Assembly (NCBI GenBank): GCA_021432655.1
Contig: MU271248.1
Coordinates: 9,176-73,175, forward strand
Source: Atractiella rhizophila
Lineage: Eukaryota
DNA: 64,000 nucleotides
Direction: 5' to 3'
Shown in pieces: positions 13,624 through 26,910 of this stretch. Positions within the stretch are counted from its first letter, which is position 1, and every line of letters begins with the position of its first letter. The notes under the pieces were generated by a model. That model saw nothing but the letters and a program-made list of their open reading frames with translations. It did no database searches and was not told the DNA's origin. The position numbers were made by a program, and so were the translations under genes.

Positions 13624-14628
13624 CATATCAGGCCCCTGGTCGGCTTCAAGGTCGTGAAGCTCCCTTTTCGGGTGCGAAAGATTGCAATAAATGAATTCTT
13701 TAACTGCGCAGTGTCAAAGGAACCTTTACAGGTATCAGAATAACAGGAAAATGATAAAATAATGACAAGAAGTAGAAACTGTAGGGAATCGAACGCTGAT
13801 CGTGGTTAGTTGACGGTGAAAGGAGTGCTGTAAACAATTAGGAGGACGAGAATGAGACAGTGAGGGAGAGGAGTACATTTCTTAGAGCTGTGTGCCTAAG
13901 CGCATCGCGACACTGTCAAACGATTTCATCGCGAGCAATCCGATCGGGAGATATGAGCTTAGCGGATGCTGGTTCGTATGGACGAAAAAAACGGAGGTAG
14001 ATTCCTGTACTGCGGCCCCGCTTTTTAAAATATCACAGAATAGTATGAAAACAGAGCCAAAGATTGAGGAGGATAGATCATTAGAAGAAATAAACAAAGT
14101 GCGGCAACAAAAAACAAAAACCCGGAAGCGGAAGCAAACTCGCTCCCTTGTTACATTTTCTGAGAAGACGACCACAGGAACCACCATACCACTGGGCAAG
14201 TCTAAAATTCGCTGAGCATATCATCGGCAAAGCTCTCGTATCGCATATTATGACCATAGGTCGTAGAGGAAAAGTTTCAGGTTTAAAGCCAGACGTTATG
14301 CAGGCGCTTGCGGCTGTCCAACAATGGTCTGGATTGAGGAGAAAGATGGGTAGGTGGCCTCAGGTTGTTTGTTCGATGATACTGAAGGAGTGGTTGAAGT
14401 CACTGAGAAGAGAGTAGCGAATGGAAAATCATGGAACACGTCTGCAGACACAATCGATAGAACTCATGCGACCGCAATGAGATGTGAAGGTACGCATTTT
14501 CCTCTCTCAAAAATGTCTGTAAGGGTCCTCGACAGTTCCGGACAACCACGAGAGAGGAAGTGCCCAGAATGCAGCGCTACTTTCTTGTGCCGCGCTCAAG
14601 AGAAAGCGAGACGACATGTTGAATAAAA

Positions 14629-15540
14629 ATGGGGGAGGAGGTTAGTGTCCAAAAAATGGTACTTTCAAATAGTTCTGACTTTGTAGCATCAGCAACATCC
14701 ATCAAAACAGGTCATGAACACAGACAGTCCACTGAAATTGGAGTTTTGCGAACAAACAGGCGAGTACTGTTATCTAATGAATTTCTTCGGACCACTCACC
14801 GTCCATCTTGCTCCAGTGGAACGGCACAATCGTCTAATGGCCCAGAGCCGTGCACGAAAATGATTAAGGGCCGCGAGAGGACCAATATCTCCTCCAAGGC
14901 AAAAACAGACCGGCAGATCGCTCCTCTCCCATCCAGAGCCCGAGAAGAAACTCCAACCAAAATGCTCGTAGACCCACCATCGCTTCCCAGGCGTTCACCT
15001 CGGTTTACATACTCTAAAGAGTTCCGCGATATCATTGACTTCTTGGAGCTCAATGGCACGCGTGACATCTCGAGAACGACCCTCCTATGGACTCCCGTTC
15101 GCTTGCAGCGTCATTACGACATGTCACTTCAGCTACTCGAAAAACTCAGGAAGGAAATCCTAGAGCGAAGCAAAATATATGGCTATGTGGATTCTAGAGG
15201 CTATCCTATGGACTTCAACACTAAAGAACTCTTTGGCGATTTGAGTGGCAGAATCAAGCCGAAAACGAGGTCAGATCTTTTAAAGGAGACGGAATTCTAC
15301 CTTTTAACTTGCAAGAAGCTTTTGAAAATGAGGGACAGGCTTCCAGCCTCCTTGTGCGCATTCTGCTTAATTTTTCTTTGTGATATTCCTCACACGGCAC
15401 ACAGAAGCTCAATCCCAGTTGTCCCAATGCCTCCACATGAACTAGACAAACGATTTCTTCCATATGGGCAAGATGCTGAAGTGGACAGTCGTGACCCATT
15501 TCAAGACGATGGAGAGCTCCCTTGGAAAGTTAAATCGTGA
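14629..15540 (+). CDS. Hypothetical protein (may include upstream exons from ~14.0-14.6 kb)
   Basis: 303-codon ORF with no recognisable motif. Upstream ORF 14354-14626 has a CPEC...RRH zinc-finger-like stretch but ends in a stop. Gene model unresolved. Confidence 0.4.
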   Translation: MGEEVSVQKMVLSNSSDFVASATSIKTGHEHRQSTEIGVLRTNRRVLLSNEFLRTTHRPSCSSGTAQSSNGPEPCTKMIKGRERTNISSKAKTDRQIAPLPSRAREETPTKMLVDPPSLPRRSPRFTYSKEFRDIIDFLELNGTRDISRTTLLWTPVRLQRHYDMSLQLLEKLRKEILERSKIYGYVDSRGYPMDFNTKELFGDLSGRIKPKTRSDLLKETEFYLLTCKKLLKMRDRLPASLCAFCLIFLCDIPHTAHRSSIPVVPMPPHELDKRFLPYGQDAEVDSRDPFQDDGELPWKVKS

Positions 15541-16483
15541 GCATGCGTCTTCCCTTCAATTGCAGTCCTTGAGACAATGGAGCTAGGGCACTTGGAACAG
15601 GCCCTATGATTGCTGCTGCTGGTTGGGCACGACGTGCAGAAGGAAAGGCAAAAGCTAGACCTGAAATTGAAGTGCACACCAAAGGAAACTCGCGAGCTGG
15701 AGGTAGAACCAACACGCAAGGAAGAGGGAAAGGTGATGTGAGTGGCAGGTGCGCAAGACTTCTCTCTCTTACACCTAAGGCAGGTTTTGATGCCTGAACA
15801 GGATTCCAAAACATCTGACGTGTGTAATCGCACCCAAGAATTGAAGAAAGAGCGAAAGGGACAGAGAACGGTAGAAGGAATAACCGACCCACTGTGATAA
15901 ATGTAAATGTACAAAATGGATTGTTTGATTCGACCTGAAGGATAGAGGGAGAGTGGCTGAGAGAGCAGGATTGTCGTCACCGTAGTCTTACATGGTTGCT
16001 GTTGCGCAGAAAACGACCACAACATCAAACATCACATCATCTAGCAGGAGGCGCTTACATTAAATATGTTGCAGAAGAAACCATCTGAGAAAAGGCCCAC
16101 GAATTTCTAATTAAGGGCAAAACATGATTTGAGCGTGTTACGAGAGTAGTTGTACGTGCTTTCTTTGGGACGACATTGTGAGGACGGAAGGGGAAGGACA
16201 AAAACGCTACGCTTCAAGAGCTTCGCGCTTGAGCTTGGATATGCATCCCGGTAGACCCTACTACATACGAGTGTAATCTAGACCACTTTACAGGCCAGGT
16301 GTCAATGCCATGATTTCGAAATATATAATGTCGACCATGCCTTAACACTTGAAAGGTGCTGCTAGGAGCACTGGGACTCACATTGCTGGGTGGAGAACAG
16401 AGGAGATGGCAATTTTGCTCATGCTGGTTGCCGTGTGACCATGAAATCAAGACAGTCAGGAATACATTAATGATAGAGCACGA

Positions 16484-17960
16484 TCAGTGAAGCTCGACTT
16501 TGTCGAGTTTTTTCTGACTAAATATCTTTTCCACCATGTCCATTGTCATACCCGTCCGTCTCAAAACCAGCCGTTTCAGATTGGGCACAGCGTCCGCAAT
16601 CATTCGTAATATGTCCTCCTCTTCCTCCCGAGCGACATCCCCCTCTTCGTCGTAATCGACCTCATATGAAAGCTCTGCTTCAAGGCTTTCGAGGGCGGGA
16701 AATTGCTGTAAAGCGTTTGCGAACCTCTCGCCCGGAAGAGGACGCCAATCCGACGGTCCTCCCATTCCTGAAAGATCATCCAGAAGGACTATGTGCCGTA
16801 CTTGCTCTCTGGCCCTTGTCTTTGCGAGGTCTTCTACGTGATCTCTGGTTCCTGAGAAATACTGGAGATAAGAAAGAGCCTCAGCGGGGAGCTCGGAGAG
16901 AGGAACGGTTTGGGGCATTTCGACGTCACATTGTGGCGAAATGTCAATTGAAAGGCGTCGGAGTTGAATGTGACTGAGAAAGAACTTGTGTACGGAAGGG
17001 GTGGGACCGTAGTCCTCGCGGTATTCGTCGATTCCTGTGTCGTGACAATGTGCTCCTGCAATGGAGAGACCAATAAGATTGGGCCATTCCGCTCGGTTAA
17101 GAAGAAACGTGATGGAAGCTGAACAAGGGCTTGCGACACCGTCATCGAATCGCAGTGAGAGGTCCAAGAGCGTGAGTGCTTTATTGGCAATGAGCCAATT
17201 GAATAAATCCACTGTGTGAGGAACCTTGTCTGGGATTGAATACCCTAAACAAATATTGGGAATAAATGTGTGAGATATTATACCGTAGAAACTTACACTC
17301 TGGAAACATATAATCGTGTGTTTTGACCGACAATCGTTTCCAGTGAGTAAGATGATATAGCTATTGCAACATGCGATTAGACCTGCACAAGATTGAATAA
17401 AAGAATCGCACCGAATTCTGATGGTCTTCAGATCCATAAGGGAGTTCGTGCACGGAGAGTTGCTCGAAGTTCGAAAAGGTTCCCTTCTTGAGAGTTTCCC
17501 AGATGATATTGTCTTTCAAAAGATCTTCCGAATGCCACCACCCTTGCTCTTTCATAAGCAATATTCTACCGGGGCTTGAGAAGACGATAATACCTCCGTG
17601 GCGTTCATCAGTGTACACAAATTCGAAACTCTCCAATCCATCCTGTAACCCCTCCATCCCCAATAATCTGACAGCGTCTTGGTGCACACTCGCATCCTCA
17701 TCCTTCAGCGCACCATGCAGAGTCAAATGCCTCACATGCCTCGCTAGCTCTGGCATTGTCGACAGAGTTGTCACAGCTAACCTGGATTTGTCAACTCCCA
17801 GCGATTTGGGGATGATGCGGTAGAGGCAGGAAGTGGACAGCGCGTGAAAGGCTCGACAGGCGAGGTTAAACGCTGAGAGTGAACTGAGGGGAAGACCAGA
17901 TATGATGAACAGCCAGACCTCCGGTGGGAAGAGGGTGACAGCCTCCTTAGACATGGTCAT
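16484..17960 (-). CDS. F-box protein with LRR-like C-terminus
   Basis: N-terminal LFPPEVWLFIISGLPLSSLSAFNLACRAFHAL (F-box pattern), followed by WPNLIGLSI, QLRRLSI, FPALESLE, VPNLKRLVL repeats. Confidence 0.8.
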
Positions 17961-18237
17961 AATGGAGAAACGAATCGCTGACAACAAGATAGGTTATTGT
18001 GCTGATGAGCCCTCATCAGTCTTTATATTTCGGAGTAATACTGGAAAGGACGATCCCAGAACTGTGATCCAAGACTTGTTCACGTAGCAGAGTGCACGTC
18101 ATACATACACCCGAAAGAGGGATAACTATTGCCATCTTCTGATAAGGTTTGGCCTAGTTTTTTCGGCACATTTTGCAAACGACCAACAAGTCGATAATAG
18201 ATAATATAGAAAGAGATCAACCAAGCGTTGTTCCGCC

Positions 18238-19045
18238 ATGGCCCTCGCCACAGTTTCTCTTCGCACGCTCTCTCACACCTGCCGCCGTTCGCTCGCGCTG
18301 CAAGCCCAGCAAAAGCGCACATTCCTCCCCTTCACAGGTTTGTTCGCCCCAGAGTCTCACCACGACGTGCTGCCTTCAGATGTACTCTCAAGGAAGCTAG
18401 AGCGGAAGGGGGACGGGAACTTATACTCTGAGGAAAAGATTCTACCGTACGTCTTTCACTGCGAACTCTCTGGGTTGTTGAAGAATGGTATTTGTCAGGT
18501 ATACCCAGAAGGAGCTGTATCAGGTCATTGCAGACATAGATTCGTATTCGGCTTTCGTACCTTTCTGCACGTCTTCAAATGTCAATTCTGCGGTTGCTGG
18601 ACCTAGCAAAACTTCAATATCACGCCTGAGCAAACCGTGGTTGAAGGATCCAGCTGAGCCGAATGAGCCGAATGATTTTCAGCTTCGAGCTGAGCTGAAA
18701 GTCGGCTTCATGACCTTTCAAGAGAGATATGAGAGCACAGTGGAGTGCCGACGGTGGGATCTTGTCAAGGTGAGCTTCCTCCTTTCCCTCTTGGCACTGT
18801 AATCACACGAGCACCAGGCTACGTCAAACAATGCCTCTCTTTTCAAACACCTTTCAACAACATGGGCATTGCGTCCCCATCCGACATTAAAGAACTCTAC
18901 AATTGTCGATTTCTCATTATGTTATTCGTTCGCCTCTCCTGTCTACGCCTCCGTCTCCTCCGTTTTCTTCGACAAGGTCAGTTCGCAAATGGTCAATGCG
19001 TTCCAAAGCCGTTGCGAGAAGATATATGGGCGAAGAAGGAGATGA
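18238..19045 (+). CDS. COQ10: Coenzyme Q-binding START-domain protein
   Basis: Arg-rich mitochondrial-type leader; YSEEKILPYTQKELYQVIADIDSYSAFVPFC; AELKVGF...ERYESTV; LFKHLSTTW; VSSQMVNAFQSRCEKIYG. Two introns. Confidence 0.92.
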
Positions 19046-19209
19046 AGTCGGCTGCGCGCGGTTGTGGTAGCTTACTAATATGTGGATATGATGGCGGTGG
19101 CGTCGCTCACCATTCTGTTTCTTATGCATTGTACTTTATCGCAATTCCCATGTACCAAGTGAAGCGTTGCAGTGCTACTCAAGAATCATGACCTCGTCGA
19201 GGTGCTCGT

Positions 19210-20907
19210 TTACAATTTGCTTTTTGGGGTTACGCGGCAGACAGCCTTGCCATACGTCTTCCTTGCTCCGACAGCAAAGAGACCTTCTGGAACGCTTTCC
19301 AATCCCCTGCACAAAGATCATTACAAACACGTGGAGCTTGGTTAGTGAAGAGGACGTACTCGTAAATTTTATGGAACACTACGACCTTCAGCTTTCCTTG
19401 CTGAATAAGATCGAACACGCCGGCCCAGACTTCAGGCATGCGTTCTTTCTCGTTGCGTGCATAAGCACCCCAATGCAAGCCTACCAGGACGCGTGAACTA
19501 TTAATATGCCGATGGATTGCTCGTAGAAACACTTGCCAACTATCGAAATGTTCTTGAGAAGGACGAGGTTGGCAGGGATCTTCTCAATCGCCCCACCTGC
19601 GAAGCCGACAACAATTGCACGTCCTATTCTCCATTATGATTAGCTATGTTTGAGTCCATGGATGTGACAAACCATTCCAAGCAATGCACTTGAGACTTGG
19701 CTGGACCAAGATGAGAAGTGTACAGTCCGAAGATGGAGTGTACGCACAACAAGCACTGCAAACAGTTATTCAGTCATCATAGCATAAATTTAAGAGATGA
19801 ACTCACTCCCAACCGGATCATAAATCACATCCGCACCCTTCCCCTTCGTAATCTCCAAAACCTTCTTCTGCCAGTCCTTCTCCGTATAATTGATAACGAA
19901 ATCCGCACCGCCTTCCCTTTTGCAGACGTCGAGTTTTTCCTGCCAGGCATTTGCTTGAGTGCCCAACAACGAGAGTACAGGAAATCAGGCACCTGCGTCG
20001 AAGCAGTCGCAATCACACGCGCTCCAAGAGCTAATCTCTATCATCAGCTAATGCTCCTTCTGAAAGGTTTGCAGCACACCTTTGCCGATCTGGACGGCGG
20101 AAAGCCCGACACCACCAGCTCCGGCGTGGACCAGAAGCCACTCTCTGGGGTGATCAAGGGTCAGCCCGTAGCAGTTGTGATACGAAGTTCGGAAATGTAC
20201 CCTTTTTGCAACTTTCCTCGGAGGACAAGACCAGCATAGGAGGTTCTGAGATGTTGTTTAACTGACGCAACATCTCCCAAGAGCATGGCAGACGCACGGA
20301 TATGTCAAATGCAAACCTGCAGCTTGCTCCAGAGACAGCTTCTGCGGGACTTCGAGAATGGTGGTCCAAGGCACCGCAATCTTCTCAGCGTAAGCCTGTG
20401 AATGAAGTGAGATCCCGACTGTGGATCCCTCGGAGCAAAAAGCGCGGAACTTACACCTTGCCCTGGAGGAGAAAGCAAGTCAGCATTCATCACCGCTAAT
20501 TAAAAAGACCGTACCTGTTCCAAAGACTCGCGTTTTGCCCGGTACAAACGGGCAACCTTTGGGAATAGGCGAATCTTTCGATACTACACCGCTGAACTCC
20601 GCACCTAAACGTTTAAACGTTCAAACTTGTAGCCTTACTGAAGAAGTTAAGAGTGATAACGAACCGGGAATGAAGGGAAAAGGCGGCTTGACTTGGTATT
20701 TGCCTTCCACTTGCAACAAATCAAAAAAATTGAAGCCAGCGAAGCTGAACAAAGCTATTAGGTCTACTTGAGCATAGATAGTGCCGCAAAAGTGCACCTG
20801 ACATCCACAAGCACTTCATTCGCCTTAGGCACTGGGTCACTCGTCTCCGTCAGCGTGGAGGCGAGTTTGGATGGTGGAATCCACTCTTTGATCACGTAAG
20901 CTTTCAT
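19210..20907 (-). CDS. NADPH:quinone oxidoreductase-like MDR (zeta-crystallin family), peroxisomal
   Basis: MKAYVIKEW, AGFNFFDLLQVEGKYQVKPPFPFIPG, TYPTSYAGL, HAGAGGVG, VIYDPVG, VVGFAGG, KNISIVGLHWGAY; ends TYGKAVCRVTPKSKL* (PTS1). Includes two 8-nt microexons. Confidence 0.9.
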
Positions 20908-20995
20908 TTTTTCTCTCTCAAAAGTGTTGCTCGTAACGTCTTGTCTCTCCTCTGGCTGCTCCTCTGGCTGTCGACTTCTTAAATATGTGTCTTTG

Positions 20996-21013
20996 GACCC
21001 GGGTCATTCGGTT
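20996..21013. promoter_or_regulatory. Candidate CGG-containing element shared with the nitronate monooxygenase promoter (25610-25628)
   Basis: GACCCGGGTCA-TTCGGTT versus GACCCCGGCCAGTTCGGTT, same orientation, 89 and 91 nt from the respective ATGs. Confidence 0.4.
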
Positions 21014-21161
21014 CGGGAGAAGCCGAACAAATGTCTTTATTTCACAATTTTGGCACAACTGTTTCACCCAATCCGTCCGGCGCCACTGATGGTTCCAGTC
21101 TAGTTAGTTTCTGATCTTCTCTCTCTGACTGTCGTTCTCCATCAAGTTCAAGCTCAGCGAG

Positions 21162-21794
21162 ATGTCGAATATTGGGATTCCATGCAAACGTAAGCTTTCA
21201 TTAATGATACTAGAGATACTGACGTGTTGTCTCAGTGCTCCACGAAAGCTTAGGGCATGTCATAACCGTGGAGCTTCGCACTGGTCAAACTTATCGAGGG
21301 AAACTTTTCGATGGTGAGCACCCGTTTCACCAACAGGGAATGAGCTAATTCTGCATGTAGCTGAGGATAATTTGAATATATCTCTCAGAGATATCACAGT
21401 TACGCACCGAGATGGGAGGATAACTCAGCTGGACCAGGTTTACATTAGAGGGCCAATGATTCGGTTTTATTGCGTGCCAGACATGCTGGCCAATGCTCCT
21501 ATGTGAGTCCTCTCCCCTTCTACACTGTAACGGGATTGCTGCTGTGTGTTTGCGCATTTTGTCATTATGGTTCTTTGAAGACGGAGGGATTGAAACTCAT
21601 CATCATCTTTTTGTCAGGTTCAAACGAATTGGTCCCAACGCCATGAAGGGTCGTGGTATCGGTACAGCTCGTGGCAGGGCAACGATCATGCGCGCGCAAG
21701 GTTAGCTTTCTTTTCCCTGCTGCTTCCCTTGCTGAATGTTTTTGCAGCGAGACGAGGTCGCGTCGCACCCACGAGACCTGGAGTTCGTCGTTGA
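21162..21794 (+). CDS. SMD3: Small nuclear ribonucleoprotein Sm D3
   Basis: Spliced translation [88 protein letters not shown]...RG-rich tail. Four introns. Confidence 0.96.
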
Positions 21795-22137
21795 ATTCGA
21801 ATGTTCTTGTATCAGTACCCAAAATGCATCTTTGTCCCTTGTTCTCTCACAATCTGCCTGGAGAGGGAGCGATAGGATAAACAAGCGAGATTTGTACATT
21901 TCAGATCTTACTGAGGACAACAAATGGAGAATAGAGCCAGAGATGCCAATACCTGAGTTGAATACCCGTGAATACTATCGTACTGATCAATCATGCACAT
22001 CGAAACCCAGCCGAGAGAGAGAAGAGAGAAGACAGAGGACAGGTCACAATCGCAGAGTTCTTGCCTTGACTACGGTCATAGGTCACAAGCGTTTGCCAGT
22101 CGCTTCATCCGGTTCTAAAGATCGCACAATGCCTTTA

Positions 22138-23480
22138 TTAGAAAGTTACGACGAGAACGGACAGGTTGTCAGTGGAAAAGTTGGTGAGTGCGTGATCAAG
22201 AAGGATTTTCGACGCTCCTTGAGGGTCTTTCGCCTTATCCCGAATGAGATCTACAGCTTTCTGGTCTTCGCAGACGTCCCAAAGCTGGAGAACGACGATC
22301 AGGTCACTCAAAACCGTGCACAGGAATCAGAAGCTCACCCCATCGCACGCGATGATGAGGAACTCATCCGCCTCCGTCAACGTCGTTTCTGTTGTGTAAG
22401 GCGACCCTACTACGAACTCTTTCATGGAAGAGTCTCCCAACGATCGAGTGACAGCCAGTACTCCGTTCACTCGATTGTTCATGACGAAGCCTCCGGCATC
22501 CATGATCCTCTTAGCCTCCTGCGCATCGCTGCCTTTATGGTCGTAGGTCAAGCGCACTGCCTTTCCGTTTCGACTTCACAGAGAGGAGCTCTCAGATCTT
22601 CCATAATACAGTGAGAAGAAAGCAAGGACGCACCAGAGCACCGCACGAGCGTCACCGACATTGGCCGTATACAGGGTGCGTTTAGCGGCTGGAAGCTCGG
22701 CGGCTTCGGTTGATTTCCGCTTTTTCTGCTCTTCCCCTGCAGAAGAATCCAACACTTGCTCCGATACACCACCACCATCTCCCACCGGTCGACCCTCCTT
22801 ATCTTCCAACCTTAGAAAAGCGGTAACAGCCGTGCATCCAGAATGAGTATTATCTTCGTGCGCTTGACGGGAAAGCTCAGCGTCGACTACATGGAAAGTC
22901 GTGTTGAGGAGATCGGGAATAGGGGACTTGGGATCTTTCCGGAGTTCCTTTAGGAGATACTATCCCATCAGGCAATTGGTCAGCCACAGACGCACCAAGC
23001 TGTCTCCGCTGCGGAGGGGTGACGTACTTCGTGGAAGTGAGCACCACACCATTCCGCGGCGTGCTTCCCAGCATGACCATCGAAAACGGCAAAGTAACCC
23101 TGACCCCTGACACCGCCAAAGTCATAAACGAAAGCGTGAGCGTCCTCCATCGTCCTCCTGCACTTCTTGTTCCGATCCTCCGAGACGCCAACCCGGAAGG
23201 CTCCTGGATGCACTGAGGCCGGGTGTTGGTTTACCAACTGCGAGAGCATCCTCAGCACTTGATCCTCATATTCCTCTTCCCCACACAACGAGAACGAGAA
23301 TAGACCGCTCACCCCATTGGTAAAAGCTCCATCAGCTATCGAGACCTCCACGCTTTTCGCGTTCGGACTGACTCCGGCTTCGCTCGGTTCATCGCTCGAG
23401 GGCACTGGAAGATGGAGTTTGCCAGGTGGGTTCCTGATTGTTGACATTGAGGGATTTGTTGGGGCGGGCCTACATACCAT
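22138..23480 (-). CDS. PTC1: Type 2C protein phosphatase
   Basis: [91 protein letters not shown]. Start ATG uncertain (23480 or 23447). Confidence 0.93.
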
Positions 23481-24067
23481 GGAAGATATTAGAAGGAAAG
23501 ATCATGGACAGGCTCAGATTTGGCTTTCTCATCACTCTTTCGATCATGATGAGGAGATGGAGAGAGATTGGCAGTTGGAAGTTGGTGGATTAACAGAACA
23601 CGTACGAGGAATCGGGATCTTCAAGGCAGCGAATTGGTGCGGTGTTGGGAAAGGAGCGAGATCGCGCAGGGTATGTGATCAATCGCTGAAACGCTGAATT
23701 GCGATAACAAAGACTCACTCTTTTCTACCATCCTGAGGACTTTGGCAAGAGACTTGAGGCACGCTTTGAAGGCTGTCAGCTTGTTTTGTATCCCAAAGCT
23801 GAATTAGTTTCGCTCGCGATTTGATGACGCTGATGGTGACGTCGTGGCTGTGCTCGAACAAGGAGTCTGCTTCCGGAATAACGGTACTCATTACTTTGTT
23901 AACGGCGTGGATTGCAGCCTACGCACGTACAGAATGGGCGAGAGGTCTCAGTAGATATCTGCGCTCGGATGCTCCAGGTACGAATGTCTTCAAGCGGACG
24001 TCATGCAATTGCAATACATATTCCTCACATTCGCAAGAAAACAAATCCGACACTCAAAATCGCCCTC

Positions 24068-25519
24068 CTACAACTTCGCTGAGGACACTTGAACGCTCTT
24101 GAGCTGAGCAACAGCCTCCGCGATCATCTCGTCGACGATGGCTTTCGCGGGTTTGACGTCCTGCAACAAAATCAATGATCTGGGCTTGAGGAGAGGCAAA
24201 GGAGAACGAACATTGATAAGAGCAGCCACGCGACCCATCAAGAAAGGTCGCTCGTCACTGTCCATTCCAACAGGCAGTTTTCCCTTCGAAGTCAACTCCT
24301 TAATGTCCTTCTGACGGTTTTCCTCCCCTGCAATCCCCTCACCATCAGCCAATTTGGTCATGGCACATTCACGGGGTCACTCACAGTCGTCAATGAAAGG
24401 CGTTCGCCTGACACGGAGCGGACGGCCAGTGAAGATGATTGTTCGGATGGTGTCCTCATAACCAGCGGTCATGACAGCTTTCTGGTGAGCAGGACTGGCT
24501 CCAGCCTCTTCGGCGCAGACAAAGCGGGTTCCAACCCAGACTGCAGAAGCTCCGTACATGAGGGAGGCAGCCAGACCCTTTCCGTTCTATTTCCCGACAA
24601 TTAATGATTTGGTGGAGTGGAGAAGCGAAAGACAAACGTAGATTCCTCCAGCGGCAACGACGAGAATGTCTTGTCCCGTCAAAGAGGACTTGTGCCCCTT
24701 GCAGAGCTCAACGACGGCTGGGATGAGCAAAGCGGTAGGGACGTCTCCGGTGTGTCCACCTCCCTCGCCACCTTGCTGGATAGCGTGTCAACAGTGGTGT
24801 AGATGGCAGGCAAGAACACTCACAGCAGTGATGATATCGACACCGGCTTCGATACATTTCTTCACATGCTTAGGATGACCAATCATGTTCATGACAGGCT
24901 ATACGAGGACAGACTTCAGGAATCCATCCCCGGGTATGTCAAGAAGAGCGACATACGATTCCAGCCTTGTGCAGCTTCTCCACAGCCCACTTGGGAGGAA
25001 CGCCGACGGCACAGACGAAGAGTTTCGCCTTCTCCTCAATGATGACATCGATGAGTTCAGGGAGCTGTCCACGGGTGTAATCGTGGTTGGTCTTTCGTGC
25101 CGATCCACCGACTTGGGGGAGCAGGAGGTCGACTCCGAAAGGAGCGTTTTTGTCGTTCAATCCCTCCTACATACGCAGCGCAGGACGTTCAGGATGTACC
25201 CTATCATAGTTTGAGAGAGGAGAGAGACGTACCTTGATTTCGTGAATCTGCTCCCTCAGCTGCTTCGGCGTGTACCCAATTCCTCCAATCACTCCCATTC
25301 CTCCAGCATTCGTGACAGCAGCAGCCAGATCCGGTCCGGCAGCGACATTCCTATTCCCAACGATCTCAGGCATCTCCAGATGATTCTCAAGAAGTGCGGC
25401 TCACATGCCAGCAAGGAAAATGGGATGCTAACGTGTCCGCATGAGCTGAGGAAATGATGCTTCCATGGAAGACGCACCTTGATGCCAAAAAGCTTTGTGA
25501 TGGGGGTCTGAATTGACAT
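24068..25519 (-). CDS. Nitronate monooxygenase / 2-nitropropane dioxygenase family flavoenzyme, peroxisomal
   Basis: MSIQTPITKLFGIKHPIFLAGM, AAAVTNAGGMGVIGG, PFGVDLLLPQVGG, QGGEGGGHTGD, VVAAGGIY, GASAVWVGTRF; ends SSAKL* (PTS1). Confidence 0.92.
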
Positions 25520-26910
25520 TTTGTAAAAATATTAGGGAGGAAGTGCGGAACTGGACAAGTCTGGGGAAGGTCTGGGGAAGAGCTCGTTCAGTTGTTTTAT
25601 CAACCCTGCGACCCCGGCCAGTTCGGTTAAGCCATGTAACCGGTTAACCAAACATCTACCACCACCGCGCGAGGCAAGCGCGAAGACGCAGGTTGAACCG
25701 TTCATTCTCTTGCTTCAGTGACATCTGTGGGTTTGGGAGCAAGGACAAAAGACGCTCCAAGGTGTGCTTCAGCCTAGAATTCCCAAAATGGTCGTCGCCT
25801 TCGTCCTCCGAGTCAACTTTGGTCTGTGGAGGGGACAGTAACAATATGCGAATGTCCCGCGATGCGATGAAGGTGATTCCCCGGCAGTAAGTATGGACAA
25901 TCTATGAGAAACATTCCATATGATCCTATCATCGATCAGATTCCATTCAGGCTGCCGCGAAGTAACAACACTCTTCACGAATGACACATTTGAACATAAC
26001 GCATAGTCTGTCTTGTCCGGATGAAGTTGTAAGCGTATTAGTTTTCTTGTAAATTAGTATTAGACACTTCCGTGTTTCACTGCCATATATCCTTTCAGCT
26101 ACTATGGACAGTATAACAATCATTTTGTCCTCATCCCACTGCTTGACAGGTTTGGGTCAGAGTATGCATTGAGCTGTCGTGACATTACGCAGAATATTAT
26201 CACAATGAATCATTAATGATTGCCAACAGCCAGTTTCATTAGCTGTGACACCTCCTTCTGGACAGGCCCGTTACCTGTTTTGTTACACTGTGGCAGCAGA
26301 GCAACTTCAAATATGAAGGAATGGGACTGGTCAATCAACTTGGTACCTGGAAAGCATGCGTCTGACGGGACTGAGAACTACTTTCCGGGAGAGCCAGGAA
26401 TATATGGCACTACCCCGACTGACCTAATCAACTAACGCAAGGGTAGCAAGGACTAGACTCGCGCGTTGCAGCTTGCGGTTTGATAAATTTGGATGGAGGT
26501 TGCGGAAAGTCGTGCAAATGCGCTTGTATCGAAGTATATACGCCTGAGAACTTCAGTAAGCCGCTTAGCTCCATCAAATCCACAGGTTAACCACTGCTGC
26601 TGAGCATGAATCTGCACTGTAGCCAGAATCAAAATATAATCGTTGTGAGGTTAATGCAGGGGTACCCCAAATTTGGGAGGTACACAATATAGACAATCCA
26701 GGTCGATCCCCAGGCTGATCCTGTCGATCCATTCATCATTTAAATAGATCGACCTAGGTTCGCAGTTAGAAGCACAGGCCTCGGCTCTTCTGGATCGAGC
26801 AGATTCCATAAAAGAACTCAGACCTTTTTCTGTCTCGAGCTCCCCTTTCTTTCCATTAGACGCTCCTTCAGCAAACACACTCTTTACTACCAGCGAATAC
26901 CATCACAGTA

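Noticed and set aside
13775..13800. GTTCGATTCC on the minus strand, resembling a tRNA T-loop/B-box
   Set aside because: The flanks do not form a T-stem and no cloverleaf can be drawn.
18238..20907. COQ10 next to a quinone reductase as a quinone gene cluster
   Set aside because: Predicted compartments differ (mitochondrion vs peroxisome) and the genes are convergent; adjacency alone is not evidence.
21503..21617. Longer-than-usual SmD3 intron as a possible snoRNA host
   Set aside because: No C/D boxes or convincing H/ACA structure are visible.
21736..22614. 292-aa plus-strand ORF
   Set aside because: Largely antisense to PTC1 and overlapping the SmD3 3' end, with no motifs; treated as a shadow ORF.
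25656..26878. Scattered short ORFs between the monooxygenase and the MP88-like gene
   Set aside because: No motifs and no coherent exon chain; treated as intergenic.
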